From Perna viridis (lineage: Eukaryota), in assembly GCA_037379345.1 (NCBI GenBank), contig CM074513.1:40420885-40484884 (forward strand): 64,000 nt of DNA, given 5' to 3'. Each line of letters starts with the position of its first letter. Within the stretch, counting starts at the first letter, position 1. Below the pieces are notes generated by a model. The model ran no database searches. It was not told the origin of the DNA and saw nothing but the letters and a program-made list of their open reading frames with translations. Below are positions 37,002 to 48,864 of this stretch, in pieces. Position numbers and translations under genes: made by a program.

Positions 37002-39839
37002 CTGAAAATATAAAACATTTTAAAGAGTACTAATTTTACTAAAAGATGATCATCCACTTATTTTGTCGACACTCACAGAATTCTACAAATGTGAATATGT
37101 TGACACGCATAAGAATCCCAGCACTTGAATCTGTTCACACCTAAGAAGAAAAGCTATTACTATTTGAACCTTGGCTATGGGATAAATGTTGTGTTTATGG
37201 ACAGTTTATCATAGACGTTTAGTATTAACCATAAACAAGAATGTGATATTTTACTAACATTCGCCATTTCATTAATATGTAACTTCGGTCTGAATACTCT
37301 TCTGATTCTCCCAATTAAAACGGTACAGATACATGTACATAGTACATAAAAACAAAATCAAGCACATAAGTGCGACCCCTCATTTCACAGGAATTATGAA
37401 CGGCTAATCAATATCATATTTCTAGGAATGCAAAACTTTGCAAAATTTAAAAAAAAGAAAAAGAAAACGAAAGAAAAAAAAGTAAAAAAAGAAAAAGAAA
37501 AAAAAGAAAAAACGAAGATATAAAATTTATACTCGCATTTTATATTTGAGAGTTACTTCGGAACCTGGTGTCCTTGTTGTCACAGGAAGGAATTAACAAT
37601 ATACAGGCATCAAGAAGTAGGATTTATTGCGTTAATATAACTTACTTTTATTATAAGTCTTTGTGTCAGTTTTGTGATTAATCAAAACGTTAAAAAGTCA
37701 ATCATATATACATATAGGGTTTGGACGTATATGGAAACAAACAAAATAAAAAAGGAAATGTTTTGTCAATTGCGGTTGTTTCTAATTTCCCGGTTTTCGC
37801 CTTGATTTTGCCTTTTCATTCTTTTGACTACATGTATTCCTTCAGTCTTTTGCTTTGAGTTTTTCGGTTCGATATTTTTGTTATTACCTTTTTATAGTGA
37901 GAATCACAAGTGAAAGGGTAGATAATTGTAATTATATAAACTATTTTTGTCGAAGATTTATATAAAGCGTCAACGGACTATAATAAAGTACATGAATCTA
38001 GACTTATAATGAAATAATATTAGTGTATAGTATTTAACATTTGCCAATTAAACGTATTTACATAAAACAAGCCTTAGATCCTATTTTGAACATGAAGGTG
38101 TGGATTTAAAATCAAAGTGCTGAAGCACTGAGTCAAGGAAGACCTCAAGTAATAAAAAATATTCATGTAACCAAATTGTAAGCAAAATAAACCGATCAAA
38201 ACTTAGTCTTTAAAGAATAACCATTTGTTTTAACGCAGTGTATATTTATACAGTCCGTTTATCGATATATATTTTTTGATCTTCTTTTGTATTATTGCTT
38301 TTGGTACGTTGATGCCCTCGAATTTCCTAATACTTAAATCAGCATTTCTTACAAAATATGAATTCCTCTGAGAATTATTGACTATCAATATCCGATGAAT
38401 TTTCAAAGTAAAATTGGACCCACACCTTGAAATTTCGGTTTGGAGATGCATGAAGTAGAAATGAATCCTGCAGACTGGAGGAAGTTGAACAAAGGCCCAA
38501 TCTCAAGGGAGAAATGAGCAAAATACTTTTCCTTGCTTGTGCTCACTTTGATGTAGATTTGTTTGGAATAAATTAAAATTAAAATTTGTCTTTGTCATTG
38601 TTGTCTAGATTAGGCTATGGTATGTACAATAAATAATTACATTTTTCTAGGATTTTTTCAGTTCAAACAAGGATAAAAACTCTTGTTGTAAAAATTACTA
38701 TGTACATGTAGTTTAAAGATCATTAACCTGAAAAAAAATTTGTAGTCATAGATTTGAGCAATTAAAGATTCCAATTAAGTTGGAAAGTCAATGTATGTGG
38801 TGAATACAGGGAATATGTCTTCATCACGCATGCACTTTGAGTATAAATCCATCTTTTTTTCTCTCCAAAACAAAAGTTACCAGTGAACCCATACCTCACG
38901 AGTACCACTTTTTTATGATGAATCACTATTTGCTGAGTGTTTTATACCTGTCTGCCTTCAATAATGTATGTGCATTTCTTTCACTTTTTTTCTGCATAAT
39001 TGTTTCACAAATATGTATAAGATTACAATTCAAGTAACTCGTACTTGTTTTGCAAATATATAAGTGCTAATGTTTTTTTATTGAGAGATGTTGGCATATA
39101 CATTTACAGCTGCTTCATGCTACACATACATGTACCAGACTTGAGAATCATGAACTTTTTTTCATGCTTAAGTAGTGTCCCAGCACATAAATGGTCTATT
39201 TTACTTTTGCTTTCTTCCCACTTCATCTAGTGAAACTTCTAAGTGATAACCACTGAAAAGAAATCAAGGGAAAAAAATTGTAACAGTGTCTGATACATGC
39301 AAAATGTTACAATGTAAATTCATGAAAATATACATGTATTTTAACCATATGATATGGAGAAACCTCCTATTGTTGGGAAATATTGTAACATGTACATATA
39401 ATTTCGTGCAAATCAGACAAAAATAAAGGTTGGGTGGTTATAACTGTATCAGGTTTTTACTGTTTGTTAAACCACCTGGTCAATATTCCCATAGTGATCA
39501 ATACTGGTAGATTGAAAATTTGCAAACAATATTTCTGTCATTATTCATAGTTTTTGTCCTACATTAAAAATGTTAATACAGTATATATCTACTATATTTC
39601 AGTGTTTTAAGGTTTTATTCTTTTAAAATCTCTATCAGCTGTATTAATTAAGAAAAAAAATAAACATCTATTTCTCTAAAATAATTCAAATTTATCTGAA
39701 ATAAAATAACAAACTTTACAAAAATGTACAGTGTACTTCATGAGCACATCTTTGTTTCAATAACTATTAATAACAGGTAACATACATGTAAGTAAGAGTA
39801 GAACAGGTTACTTTTCACCTGTAATTGTTAAAACAACAT

Positions 39840-40580
39840 GTTTTTTTTTGGTGTTTCTGCAGCTTTTAGTCCAGGTGATCAAAATTCATGAAACCAATTA
39901 TAACTCAAAATGACCGGAAGTTATGATGCCATATTGGCCCTGGTTTGATCCATATTGACCCCCTTTTTTCATATCAGCCCCGTATAGATGCCCGGTTTGA
40001 ATTCATATAATTAGTCAGTTTTTGACATTTTTTAACGTATTTTGGGTAGTTGGTTAATAATATAGGTTAATAAATATGTAATTTCATATCGGTCCTGTTA
40101 TAGGTTTGAGGTCTGTCATATTGGTCGAGGCGGTCGCATTGGTCCCAAGGCATCGCCGAAGGCCAATATGGCTGTCGAGGCCAATATGATTGACCGAAAC
40201 CTATAACAGGGCCAATATGAAATTACATATTTATTGACAATTTTATTAACCAACTCACCTAGTTGATTTGTAGAACAGTTGTTTTCTTGTTTTTTAACAA
40301 GAATATGTACGTTTATTTGCATTTATAAGTCTTAAATATCCTTTTTGTATAAAATGGAAGATTTTTTTTTTGTGTTTCTGCAACTTTTAGTCCTGGTGAT
40401 CACAATTCATGAAATCCAATTTTAGCTCAAAATGTCGGTTTCAAACGACCAGAAGTTATGATGCCGTTTTGGTCCTGGTTTCACCCATATTGGTCCCGTA
40501 TATATACCCGGTTTGAATTCATATCAAAATGGTCACTTTTTTGACATATTTTCACATATTTTGGGTAGTTGGTTAATAAA
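39840..40580. repeat. Pair of about 220-bp direct repeats (39840-40060, 40362-40580) enclosing a foldback element
   Basis: TGTTTCTGCA.CTTTTAGTCC.GGTGATC...TTTGGGTAGTTGGTTAATAA occurs twice. Confidence 0.8.
40048..40255. mobile_element. Foldback/palindromic element
   Basis: 42-bp arms at 40066-40107 and 40197-40238 (3 mismatches). Outer perfect 13-bp IR AGTTGGTTAATAA / TTATTAACCAACT. Confidence 0.7.
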
Positions 40581-40594
40581 GGGTACTTGAAATG

Positions 40595-41490
40595 GGTTTT
40601 GGGGTGTGATATAGGATATGCCATATAGGTCTTTGGGTGTGATTTAGAGAATGCGATATACGTCCTATACAGTATGCGGTATAGGTCTAGGCGTGTGATA
40701 TAAGGTATGCAATATATGTCTGTGGGTGTGATATATAGGGTAATTGAAATAAGTTTAGGGGTGTGCGATAGAAGTCTAGGGGTGTGATATACAGAATGCA
40801 ATAAAGGTCTAGGTGTGTGATATAGAATGCAATATAGGTCAAGGGGTGTGATATAGAATGCATTATAGGTCTAGGGGTGTGATATACAGTATGAGATATG
40901 TCTAGGAGTGTGATATACGAGGGGCCTGATGGGGGGTCTCATCACGATTCACAAGTTGATTTTTTGTCAATCACGATACACAGAAAATAAATTTCCATGA
41001 TCACGGATCACGAAAATATAAAAAGAGTATCCCCAATCAATCTCGATAATAGAGATTCAGAAGCTGGTTGTTTGTGTTGTAGATTGGTTCAATTTAGCTA
41101 CAATCAAATGCATTACTGGCTCATTACTTATTCATGTTTCGAATTCTCCCAGGTTCTGATTGCACTTTTAAAACTATCGCGCCACTTCAACTTTTTAAGC
41201 CAAGAAAGACAACTCAATGGAACTCTTTATTTCCGTAATATTAAGGAACAAAAATCACGAGAACGAAATATATGTCTCAATCACGAAGAACGAACATAAA
41301 ACTCCAATGAAAACGATTTACGAACAATGCTGTCATCACGAATCACGAAAAATAAGTCTGTTGAAAAACGGATCACGATAGCGAAAATGCGCCGATCATG
41401 AAGAACGAAAATAACCCATCAGGCCCCTCATATACGGTATGTGATACAGGTCTAAGGGTGTGATATAGGGTATGCAATATAGGTCTATGG
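40595..41490. repeat. About 32-bp minisatellite (GGTCTAGGGGTGTGATATAGGGTATGCAATATA-like) interrupted by a MITE
   Basis: Repeated GGTGTGATATA cores at 40600-40918, resuming at 41430-41490. Confidence 0.85.
40919..41429. mobile_element. MITE with 15-bp perfect TIRs and 6-bp TSD
   Basis: GAGGGGCCTGATGGG (40919-40933) / CCCATCAGGCCCCTC (41415-41429). TSD ATATAC at 40913-40918 and 41430-41435. Many ATCACG motifs inside. Confidence 0.9.
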
Positions 41491-42433
41491 TCGGTGTGGA
41501 AGTTTGGATTTTAGGAACATGTACATGTACAAGTGTATGTGTAATGTCACGGTTCATGTCTCCACTCGCATGCCCAGGATATTTCTTTATTTCACTGGAT
41601 ACCCCTCCTTTTTGATAGTTCAAGATTACCTACTGAATGTGATAAATATACCACATGACTTCCTTTCATCCTTACCGTTGAAACATTTATGTCTCTGCTT
41701 TGAAATCATAATAATTAACAATTCTGTTTATTTTCTATTTTAAATACTTCTTTGTTTGTTACATATATGCACATGTGTGTTTACCATTTTATATTGTACA
41801 TGTATATGTAGTAATTAACATATATGTACACAGTGCTTGCATTTTATGTACAGAAGTTAAATTCCAGGGATCAAATTAATCACACCTGAAATTTTCCAAT
41901 AAAAGTAGGGGTGCCAACACCATGCACCCTCCCCTGGATCCGCAACTTTAATCTATACTTACTACACAAAAGGTTACATTGCAGCTCCGACAATCCGTCA
42001 TTAGAAGCCCCCGACATCTTCATTAAAAGGGTCAGATCGAGAGAAATAAATTGGCAAATCTCGATTGAGCTTTCCTCCCTGCGAATGTTCGGGTCAATTA
42101 GACAAAATAGTCCAGCTCTCTGCGTCAAAATTTAAATAGTTAATATTATATAATCATTGAAATCTTGCAGTTCTACTCATATTAAATAGCCTTAATATCG
42201 CTACACGCCCATGTCTTATGTAAGGTAAACATCACATATTTGACATGGAGTATGATCGGCGGTAGAGCGATATCTTAATGTAAACTTTGCAAGGAGAATA
42301 ACCAGCGGAGTGTTATTTTGGTAGTTATATGTTGAAATGTCTACCCTGGTTACGTAATGTGGTTGCCAACGATCTCTAAGTCAAGTTCAGTCAATAAATA
42401 GACTTCCTCGACAAAAAATTCACGTTAACATAC

Positions 42434-42648
42434 CTGATATAACTCCTTTTCCTGTGCACTTTGGCCATGTAATGGTAAGAACCAAGGGACAAAGAAAAGC
42501 GCTTAGAAGTCCTTGCAAGGTAAATACTGCCCAGTTCAGATTTACACCACTATTTATGATAATTAATCCATATGGTATGATAGAAATGGTAACCCATATC
42601 ATGCACCAACTCTTGTAGTGTAATAGCTGGTCTTCGTAGCGACGATAG
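42434..42648 (-). CDS. DUR3: DUR3-like symporter exon
   Basis: Reads YRRYEDQLLHYKSWCMIW..GVNLNW..PLVLTITWPKCTGKGVISG. AG/GTATG boundaries; phases 2/1 fit the neighbouring exons. Confidence 0.88.
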
Positions 42649-42689
42649 CTTGAATTAAAAGAAAGGAATTACTTCAATATAACGGTGAA

Positions 42690-42691
<2 letters not shown>

Positions 42692-42743
<52 letters not shown>

Positions 42744-43178
42744 GTCTCAGAATGTGACGACTCTATTCGCTACACTGCTCCATCGGATCAAATTGATACA
42801 GGGAAGATAACGTAAACTTATAGAAGGGTCTGAAAATTCCCAACGATGTTAGAACTGTCAAATATGCCAAGGAAATTTTTGGTCGTTCCCTCCGCGGGAC
42901 TCGAACTCTTACCGTTGTGACATCTATGGCAACACCGCCTGCACAAAGTCCAGCGCCCTAGACCACTCGGGCAGCTAGGCTAGGGACTCGAACTCATACC
43001 GCTGTGACATCTATGGCAACACCGAGTGGTCTAGGGCGCTGGACTTTGTGCAGGCGGTGTTGCTATATGTGTCAAAGTGGTACGAGTTCGAGTTCCGCGG
43101 AGGGAACGACTAAACAATTTGCATCGAAAATTTGACAGTTCTAACATCGTTGGAAATTTGTCAGACCCTTACATGTCT

Positions 43179-43248
<70 letters not shown>

Positions 43249-43370
43249 CGTCTTATAACGTCTCAGAATGTGACGACTCTATTTGCTACACTGCTCCATC
43301 GGATCAAATTGATACAGGGAAGATATATAAACGTATAGAAAGGTCTGAAAAATTCCCATATATATATATA
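42692..43370. mobile_element. tRNA(Leu/Ser)-derived SINE-like copies rearranged into a palindrome between (TA)n tracts
   Basis: A-box-like CCGAGTGGTCTAGGGCGC and B-box-like GAGTTCGAGTCC. Inverted arms 42824-42970 and 43022-43170. Segment 42743-42841 recurs at 43259-43357. (TA)n at 42692-42742 and about 43178-43247. Confidence 0.8.
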
Positions 43371-44011
43371 GTAATTGTTTTGTTTTTTGTTTGTTATTTT
43401 TTATTTTTTTTTATTTTTGTATTTTGCTTTTTTTAATAACTTGAATAGTTCGTTGAAACTTTCCGTTTTACTCAGGAGTAAGAGAAGCTCTGATTAATAA
43501 ATTTTTGATTAACCGACTTTGTAGTTATTAAGCTCATTTTTTGAAATTAAAACAAATTCAACGATAATTTCATCCCAAACTTTGAAGTTAAATTAAACAT
43601 TTAGATTATTTTACATTTTTTTTTCTGAAACTATACATCTATGTTCCGTTTGCTGAACTCTTTATTTTGTTGTTACAGTTCAATGACTATTGTTGGTGCA
43701 GATCATGAAATTTGCAGTCTTAAAAATAATATCTAAAAGGCTCCCACTAAGATTTAAGATGCAATATATATTAAAGTACTTTAAACAAATCTACCAACCA
43801 AAAAACTAGTTAATACCATCAGTCTTTGTAGTATACAAGACGTGTAACAAAGAAAGATGGAAATATAAACATTGGGGAACAAAATCAGTCAACAAACTGA
43901 ACTTGATCCTGAATCATAACACCTTTACTCGTTGCGACAATTCTAATGACAATTTTGTTCTCTACGAAAACTATTAACTAAAACAACATATGAATTACAT
44001 GATCTAATTAC

Positions 44012-44197
44012 CTTCCATGTATAGCACATTCGTAAGGTTTAGCATACCGTGCTGATGATAAACTACCTGCAATATCCTGGAAGCATAATTTACATGATGT
44101 AGCTATAGGACATCTACATATTCCAGTTTGATTCCTATTATCTGACCGTATTCTGTTATTCCTACATAACGGACATCTGGTTATATCGCTTTCGTCG
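44012..44197 (-). CDS. DUR3: DUR3-like symporter, Cys/His-rich loop exon
   Basis: ttacag / GTAAT boundaries; 186 nt, phase 2-2. Reads DESDITRCPLC..CRC..CKLC..YECAIHG, in frame with both neighbours. Confidence 0.8.
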
Positions 44198-44868
44198 CTG
44201 TAATGAAATACATGCAATATCAAATCACATTGATTTTTTAAAAGAGATTCTCATTTTATTTCATGTTCCCAGTATTTTTCCGTGGTATATTGGTTCGTGT
44301 TTGTCCTGCTCTTATCTTTAGATTTCATTCTAACTGTGATGCTATTTAATTTATCGTTGATTTAATTATTGAATTCTTATAAATGCTTTATCCAGTGGGG
44401 TCCGATAATGGTCATATTGGACCAGTCTTTTTCCTTTTGCCTAAAACTAACTTTTACACAAAAGACATACGTGTAAACTATTCTATCAACAACTGTTTTT
44501 GATTATGCATTAAAGTAGATAATACTTATTACACGGAACATTCTTTACTGGCGTTTTGCAAAATCATACGGATATATGTATTTTCAATTAAGTAATACTG
44601 TTTAAATGATGTAAAACTAATTTGTTTTCGGTGACCAATGTTTTTACATTAAAATTCTAAGTACTTTCATTTCAGGCTATCTTTGAGAAAAACTAGGAAA
44701 ATTTATCTACTAGAAATATTAATTATGATCTACCTCAAGTAAAACATTTATAGTGATACTATTTTTCTATGGAGACCTTACGCATATTTTGTAGGATCAT
44801 TTGCTGCAGTATGCAAAAGGAAGAATAAACGTTTTATTAAAATGGAGAAAGATACAAATTAAACATAC

Positions 44869-45034
44869 TTGAAAGGATTTATATAGACCTTATAAATGTC
44901 ATATACAATAATTGATGAGATGGCCATAACCTCTCCTGAGCCGGTGGACATCAACGACATAGTGACCATTGTAATCAGCATATAAGCTCCAGTCTCGCCC
45001 ATTACAGTTTCCATGACATATGGGGTAATGAAAC
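44869..45034 (-). CDS. DUR3: DUR3-like symporter exon
   Basis: Reads GFITPYVM..G..LITMVTMSLMSTGSGEVMAISSIIVYDIYKVYINP, the conserved DUR3/SSF ST.S.E..A.SS...YD.Y..YINP motif. Donor GTATGT. Confidence 0.9.
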
Positions 45035-45466
45035 CTTTAAAAATGTAGTGACAAAACAGTATTAGACCATTAAAATCAAGTCAATTATCTATCGTGGTTA
45101 CGCGATTTTAACATAGCCTGAGTTGAAATTTTACTACAATAATTGTTGATATTTTTTACACATCATTGATGATAAAAGCAACGAAAACTATGTAAAAGAA
45201 TCAGAAACTTGTCAAAGGCTTGGAATTTCAATAAAAAGATTATCAATGTGATAAACATGTGTAATAATGTATTTGTACTAAATGTACTTTTATCTTTTAA
45301 CATTGACGTCAGTTAGAATTTTTAGTCAAATATTTTTGTTGTTTTGTCTTATTTGTTTTTGTTGTTTTCATGTTTTAGTTAGAAGTACACAATACAACCA
45401 CATACCTATGTAGTGTTCTCTATATTCACTGAGCTGAATGATATGAAAATTACCATGCTGACTCAC

Positions 45467-46097
45467 CAGAATCAATATCTGCAGTACTTAAAAGGTTAGT
45501 CCCGTTCTGGTAACTCATTGAAAGATATATACTGGAAGATGCTATTGTTATCGTCAGGGGAATGGCAAACCATAAATAAGATGCAAGGAAAAATCCTGCA
45601 ACTCCTTGAGCAGGTTTCGCTGCAATTCTACTCTGCCAATTAGCCTGATCACAGAAACTTAAAGACGTTGCCATGAGAAACAGAAGTACTCCGTAAATAA
45701 TACCTCCACGAGACTGGAAAGTCATATATGAGTTATTGTAATTGCCTTCGGGTCCTTTTAGACATGTCATAGCTTCGTATACGTTCTCCTGTGATGTATA
45801 TTTATCATCTGGTACTATATAAGTCACATGAACAATAAAAACGAGAACACTTACAAAAGTTAAGGCAGTAGTAAAGTATGAAATGTAGAAAGTAGTGCCT
45901 AGACCTCCAATTAAACAGTACGATCCAAATAGGAAGGCTAAAAGGAGTAAAATCATCTCATCCGACACATCATTGGCTAAAACATCTAGTGCTGCCTTTG
46001 CTGCCAATACCAACCCCATTAAAGTGACTAAATTAGCAATAAGAGCTATGCAACAGAATACAATATGAGCAGGTTTTCCATAACGAGCATAGATTAT
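45467..46097 (-). CDS. DUR3: DUR3-like symporter exon
   Basis: Reads IIYARYGKPAHIVF..Y.LIGGLGTTFYISY..GNYNNSYMTFQS..FCDQANWQSRIAAKP..WFAIP, typical DUR3 motifs. AG/GTGAGT boundaries. Confidence 0.92.
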
Positions 46098-46676
46098 CTA
46101 AAAAGAAAAAAAATTAATAATTGGTGTATTTTTTCACGCATTCAAACAAAAGTGCATTTAATCTTTTAGAAATTATAACTAAAATGTTTCATAAGTCGAG
46201 AAATGAATATGTAGATTGCATGTAAGCAAGATTCATTTTCATAATACGCTTTGGGTTTTATGTTGGATAGATATCAGGCGTTTTTTGTATGCTTTGGTAT
46301 TTTTTTAAAATTTTTTTTGGTATTTATTTATAAATAAATGTTTTGTTTTTGTTTCTGGTTGGATTTTATTTTTTCATTTGGCCATTTCCACCACGAACTC
46401 GAATTTGAAATCCTGTGAACGTCTCGATATTTTTTTTTGTTTTTTTTTTTAAGCAGAGAACGATTACTTTGTCGATGTACCTGCTTTTACTTCTAGTTTT
46501 AGTAGGAGTCCAAGTTGTTTTCTTTCATATTCGTGTGTATTGTTTAAGTGAAATAGGTTTTTGCGTAATTGGTGTTTTTTTCCACCAGGTTTCCCGGGTT
46601 CCTGTGTAAATTACATTCTGTTTCCTGTTCTAAACATAATCGTTTCCATGAATACATCAAACAAACACAAATTTAC

Positions 46677-46793
46677 CTGTAGAAAAGTTTTCGCTCCAGG
46701 AGCTCTGCTTTTAAGTGTAAGAGACAGTAATGGAAATAGAAGAATATCTAACACAATGGCTAGGGCAAAAAATAATGACCCTCCAAGTCCTGT
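46677..46793 (-). CDS. DUR3: DUR3-like symporter exon
   Basis: Reads TGLGGSLFFA..LKSRAPGAKTFLQ (DUR3 K..AP.A.T motif). tttacag / GTAAAT boundaries; 117 nt. Confidence 0.9.
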
Positions 46794-47097
46794 CTGTAAA
46801 CAAGAATAAAAATGAAATGTTAGTCACAAATGAACTTCCGTGTCAAATGCCAGAATAAAAAGTCAGTACCAGACACTTTACAAATATTAACAGGAATTGA
46901 TAAGACGCATTTATGACCAACATTACAAATGAATAACCAAAAAAGTAAAATTCACAACACAATTAATTACGTTATGCAAATGGGTTTTTCAATAGAGCAC
47001 ATGGTGTAAAAGTGATTTTGAGTGATAATATTATTTCATTTCTTTTTATTCATCAATACACTATACGGTACGATTTTGTAATGTAGTTATTATTTAC

Positions 47098-47341
47098 CTT
47101 TGTCATAACAGTTGCACTCTGTAGAAAGTCAGCAGGCCATAACAATTGTGACGTAACTGTGACAGCAGTTAGACTAACAGTTACTTTACCGCCAGCGTCG
47201 AAGACTGTATCAAGACTGTTGGTATCCCGATATACGTATCGACGTACGGTTGAGTAGATAACACCAAGGGTAATAGATAGACCTCCGAATCCAAGGAACA
47301 TTAGTAATAGGGCTTGGTACTTCTCTAACACGGGACTCAAC
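47098..47341 (-). CDS. DUR3: DUR3-like symporter, 5'-most identified coding exon (true start not found)
   Basis: Reads ..FDAGGKVTVSLTAVTVTSQLLWPADFLQSA.. and ends at a GTAAAT donor. An in-frame stop just upstream implies an additional unlocated exon; the 5' boundary is uncertain. Confidence 0.8.
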
Positions 47342-48864
47342 CTTCATGAATAAAGCATTCTTCGATTTATACGTATAAAGTAAGGAAACTTTATGTTGTT
47401 TTTGTCTTATTTTGTTTTTGTTTTTTGTTTTGTTTTTTTATTTGTTAGGATAATGAAATTCGGGCCAAACTTTTGGTAATCAAAATCTATGACGAGTAAT
47501 AATGTCAAAGAAGAAAAAAAACGAAGACCAGTATAATTAAGAATATCGAAGAGTAATTCGAAAACATACTAATTTGAAAAAAAACATTCCGATTAAAATT
47601 GCGTTAATTTTCGGTATCATTTTCATTTTGACTTATATTTTTGACCTTTGAAGACATAACTTTAATTACGTGGTGAATGCTTAATAACCCGCTGACCTAG
47701 TTTTGTTTTAGAATATAAATATAACCATGTATATTGAATAATTGATGACGTTGATGAGTGTCACTACATGTAAGATTTCATCCAAGAAAGAAATCACATT
47801 TCTTCTAAAATCAAATACTTGCTTTACCTTACTGCTGGTGGTTACAACCCCTAATTAAAGTTTAAAATGCCATTGAAATCGAATTTATTAACTACAGAAA
47901 TAAAATGCAGCAAGTTTTCTATTTAGGAAAGTGGGGTAATATCATTCGTTAAACTATTGTACTAGCTTGTTAATAACTCCATATGTATGCACAAACCAAT
48001 GCCGTTTTCTCCGGTAATGTTTTTATCATTTATGTACATAATCTTTGAAAATATTGGTCTCAAAAGATGCCATGTATATCTATACATTTGATTTATTTAT
48101 GCCGATTTTGAAACAAAACCATATTCTATCTGTTACAATCTCATGTCTTAATTGTTATTTTAAAGTTCATTTAGCGTTTACTTATTCAGCTCTTTTCCAC
48201 GCGCAACAATCTCTGTCCCGCAACCCTCCCTTACCCCCACCCCCCCCAAAAAGTTATAAAATTTCATTTATTTTTAGATAAAGTCCTCACAGCAGTAATC
48301 AATACGAATTTAATCTTTGACCTTAAAAACACTGACAGCCCGATTTCAGCGATTTCAGTCTGACTGGAAGTTAACCTATTATGCCGAGTAAGGATCTTAA
48401 CGGTTTGTTAATGTAAAACTGTAAAAGGCGTGATTATTCATATGAATATCAATAAATTCAACTTCGTGATCATGTTTTCATGTTATCTACAATTATATGC
48501 TTCAACTTTTCGAAATAATTATTCAGGTAGATTATAAATGATATTACTGCGTTATTAACATTTTTTAATTTATTTAAATTTTGCATATCTAAAAATGTAT
48601 ATTAGGTCAACACATTGAAATGGATATGTTAGATGAACGAAGAACACAAACTTCAAAGCTGCATTTATCTGTCATTTTCGTAAATTTTTGTTTGTATTAA
48701 AATATGCCTTAATGTTGAATTATTTCTACTAAATAAATTGTACTTTTCCTGTATAATTTCATTTGATACCCACAAATAAAATTCATTAAATACATGAAAT
48801 AGGTTATTGTCTTGCAAGACAAAAAATCGACCTAGATAAATTCGTATGCATGTAACATTCTCTG

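Noticed and set aside
40595-40918. CRISPR-like periodic array
   Set aside because: Degenerate tandem units without unique spacers, in a eukaryotic intron, with no cas genes.
42880-42982. Possible tRNA gene
   Set aside because: A and B boxes are present, but there is no proper acceptor or anticodon stem, and it occurs as rearranged multiple copies. Treated as a SINE head.
43077-43436. 119-aa ORF with an IYIYIY run
   Set aside because: (TA)n microsatellite and SINE sequence.
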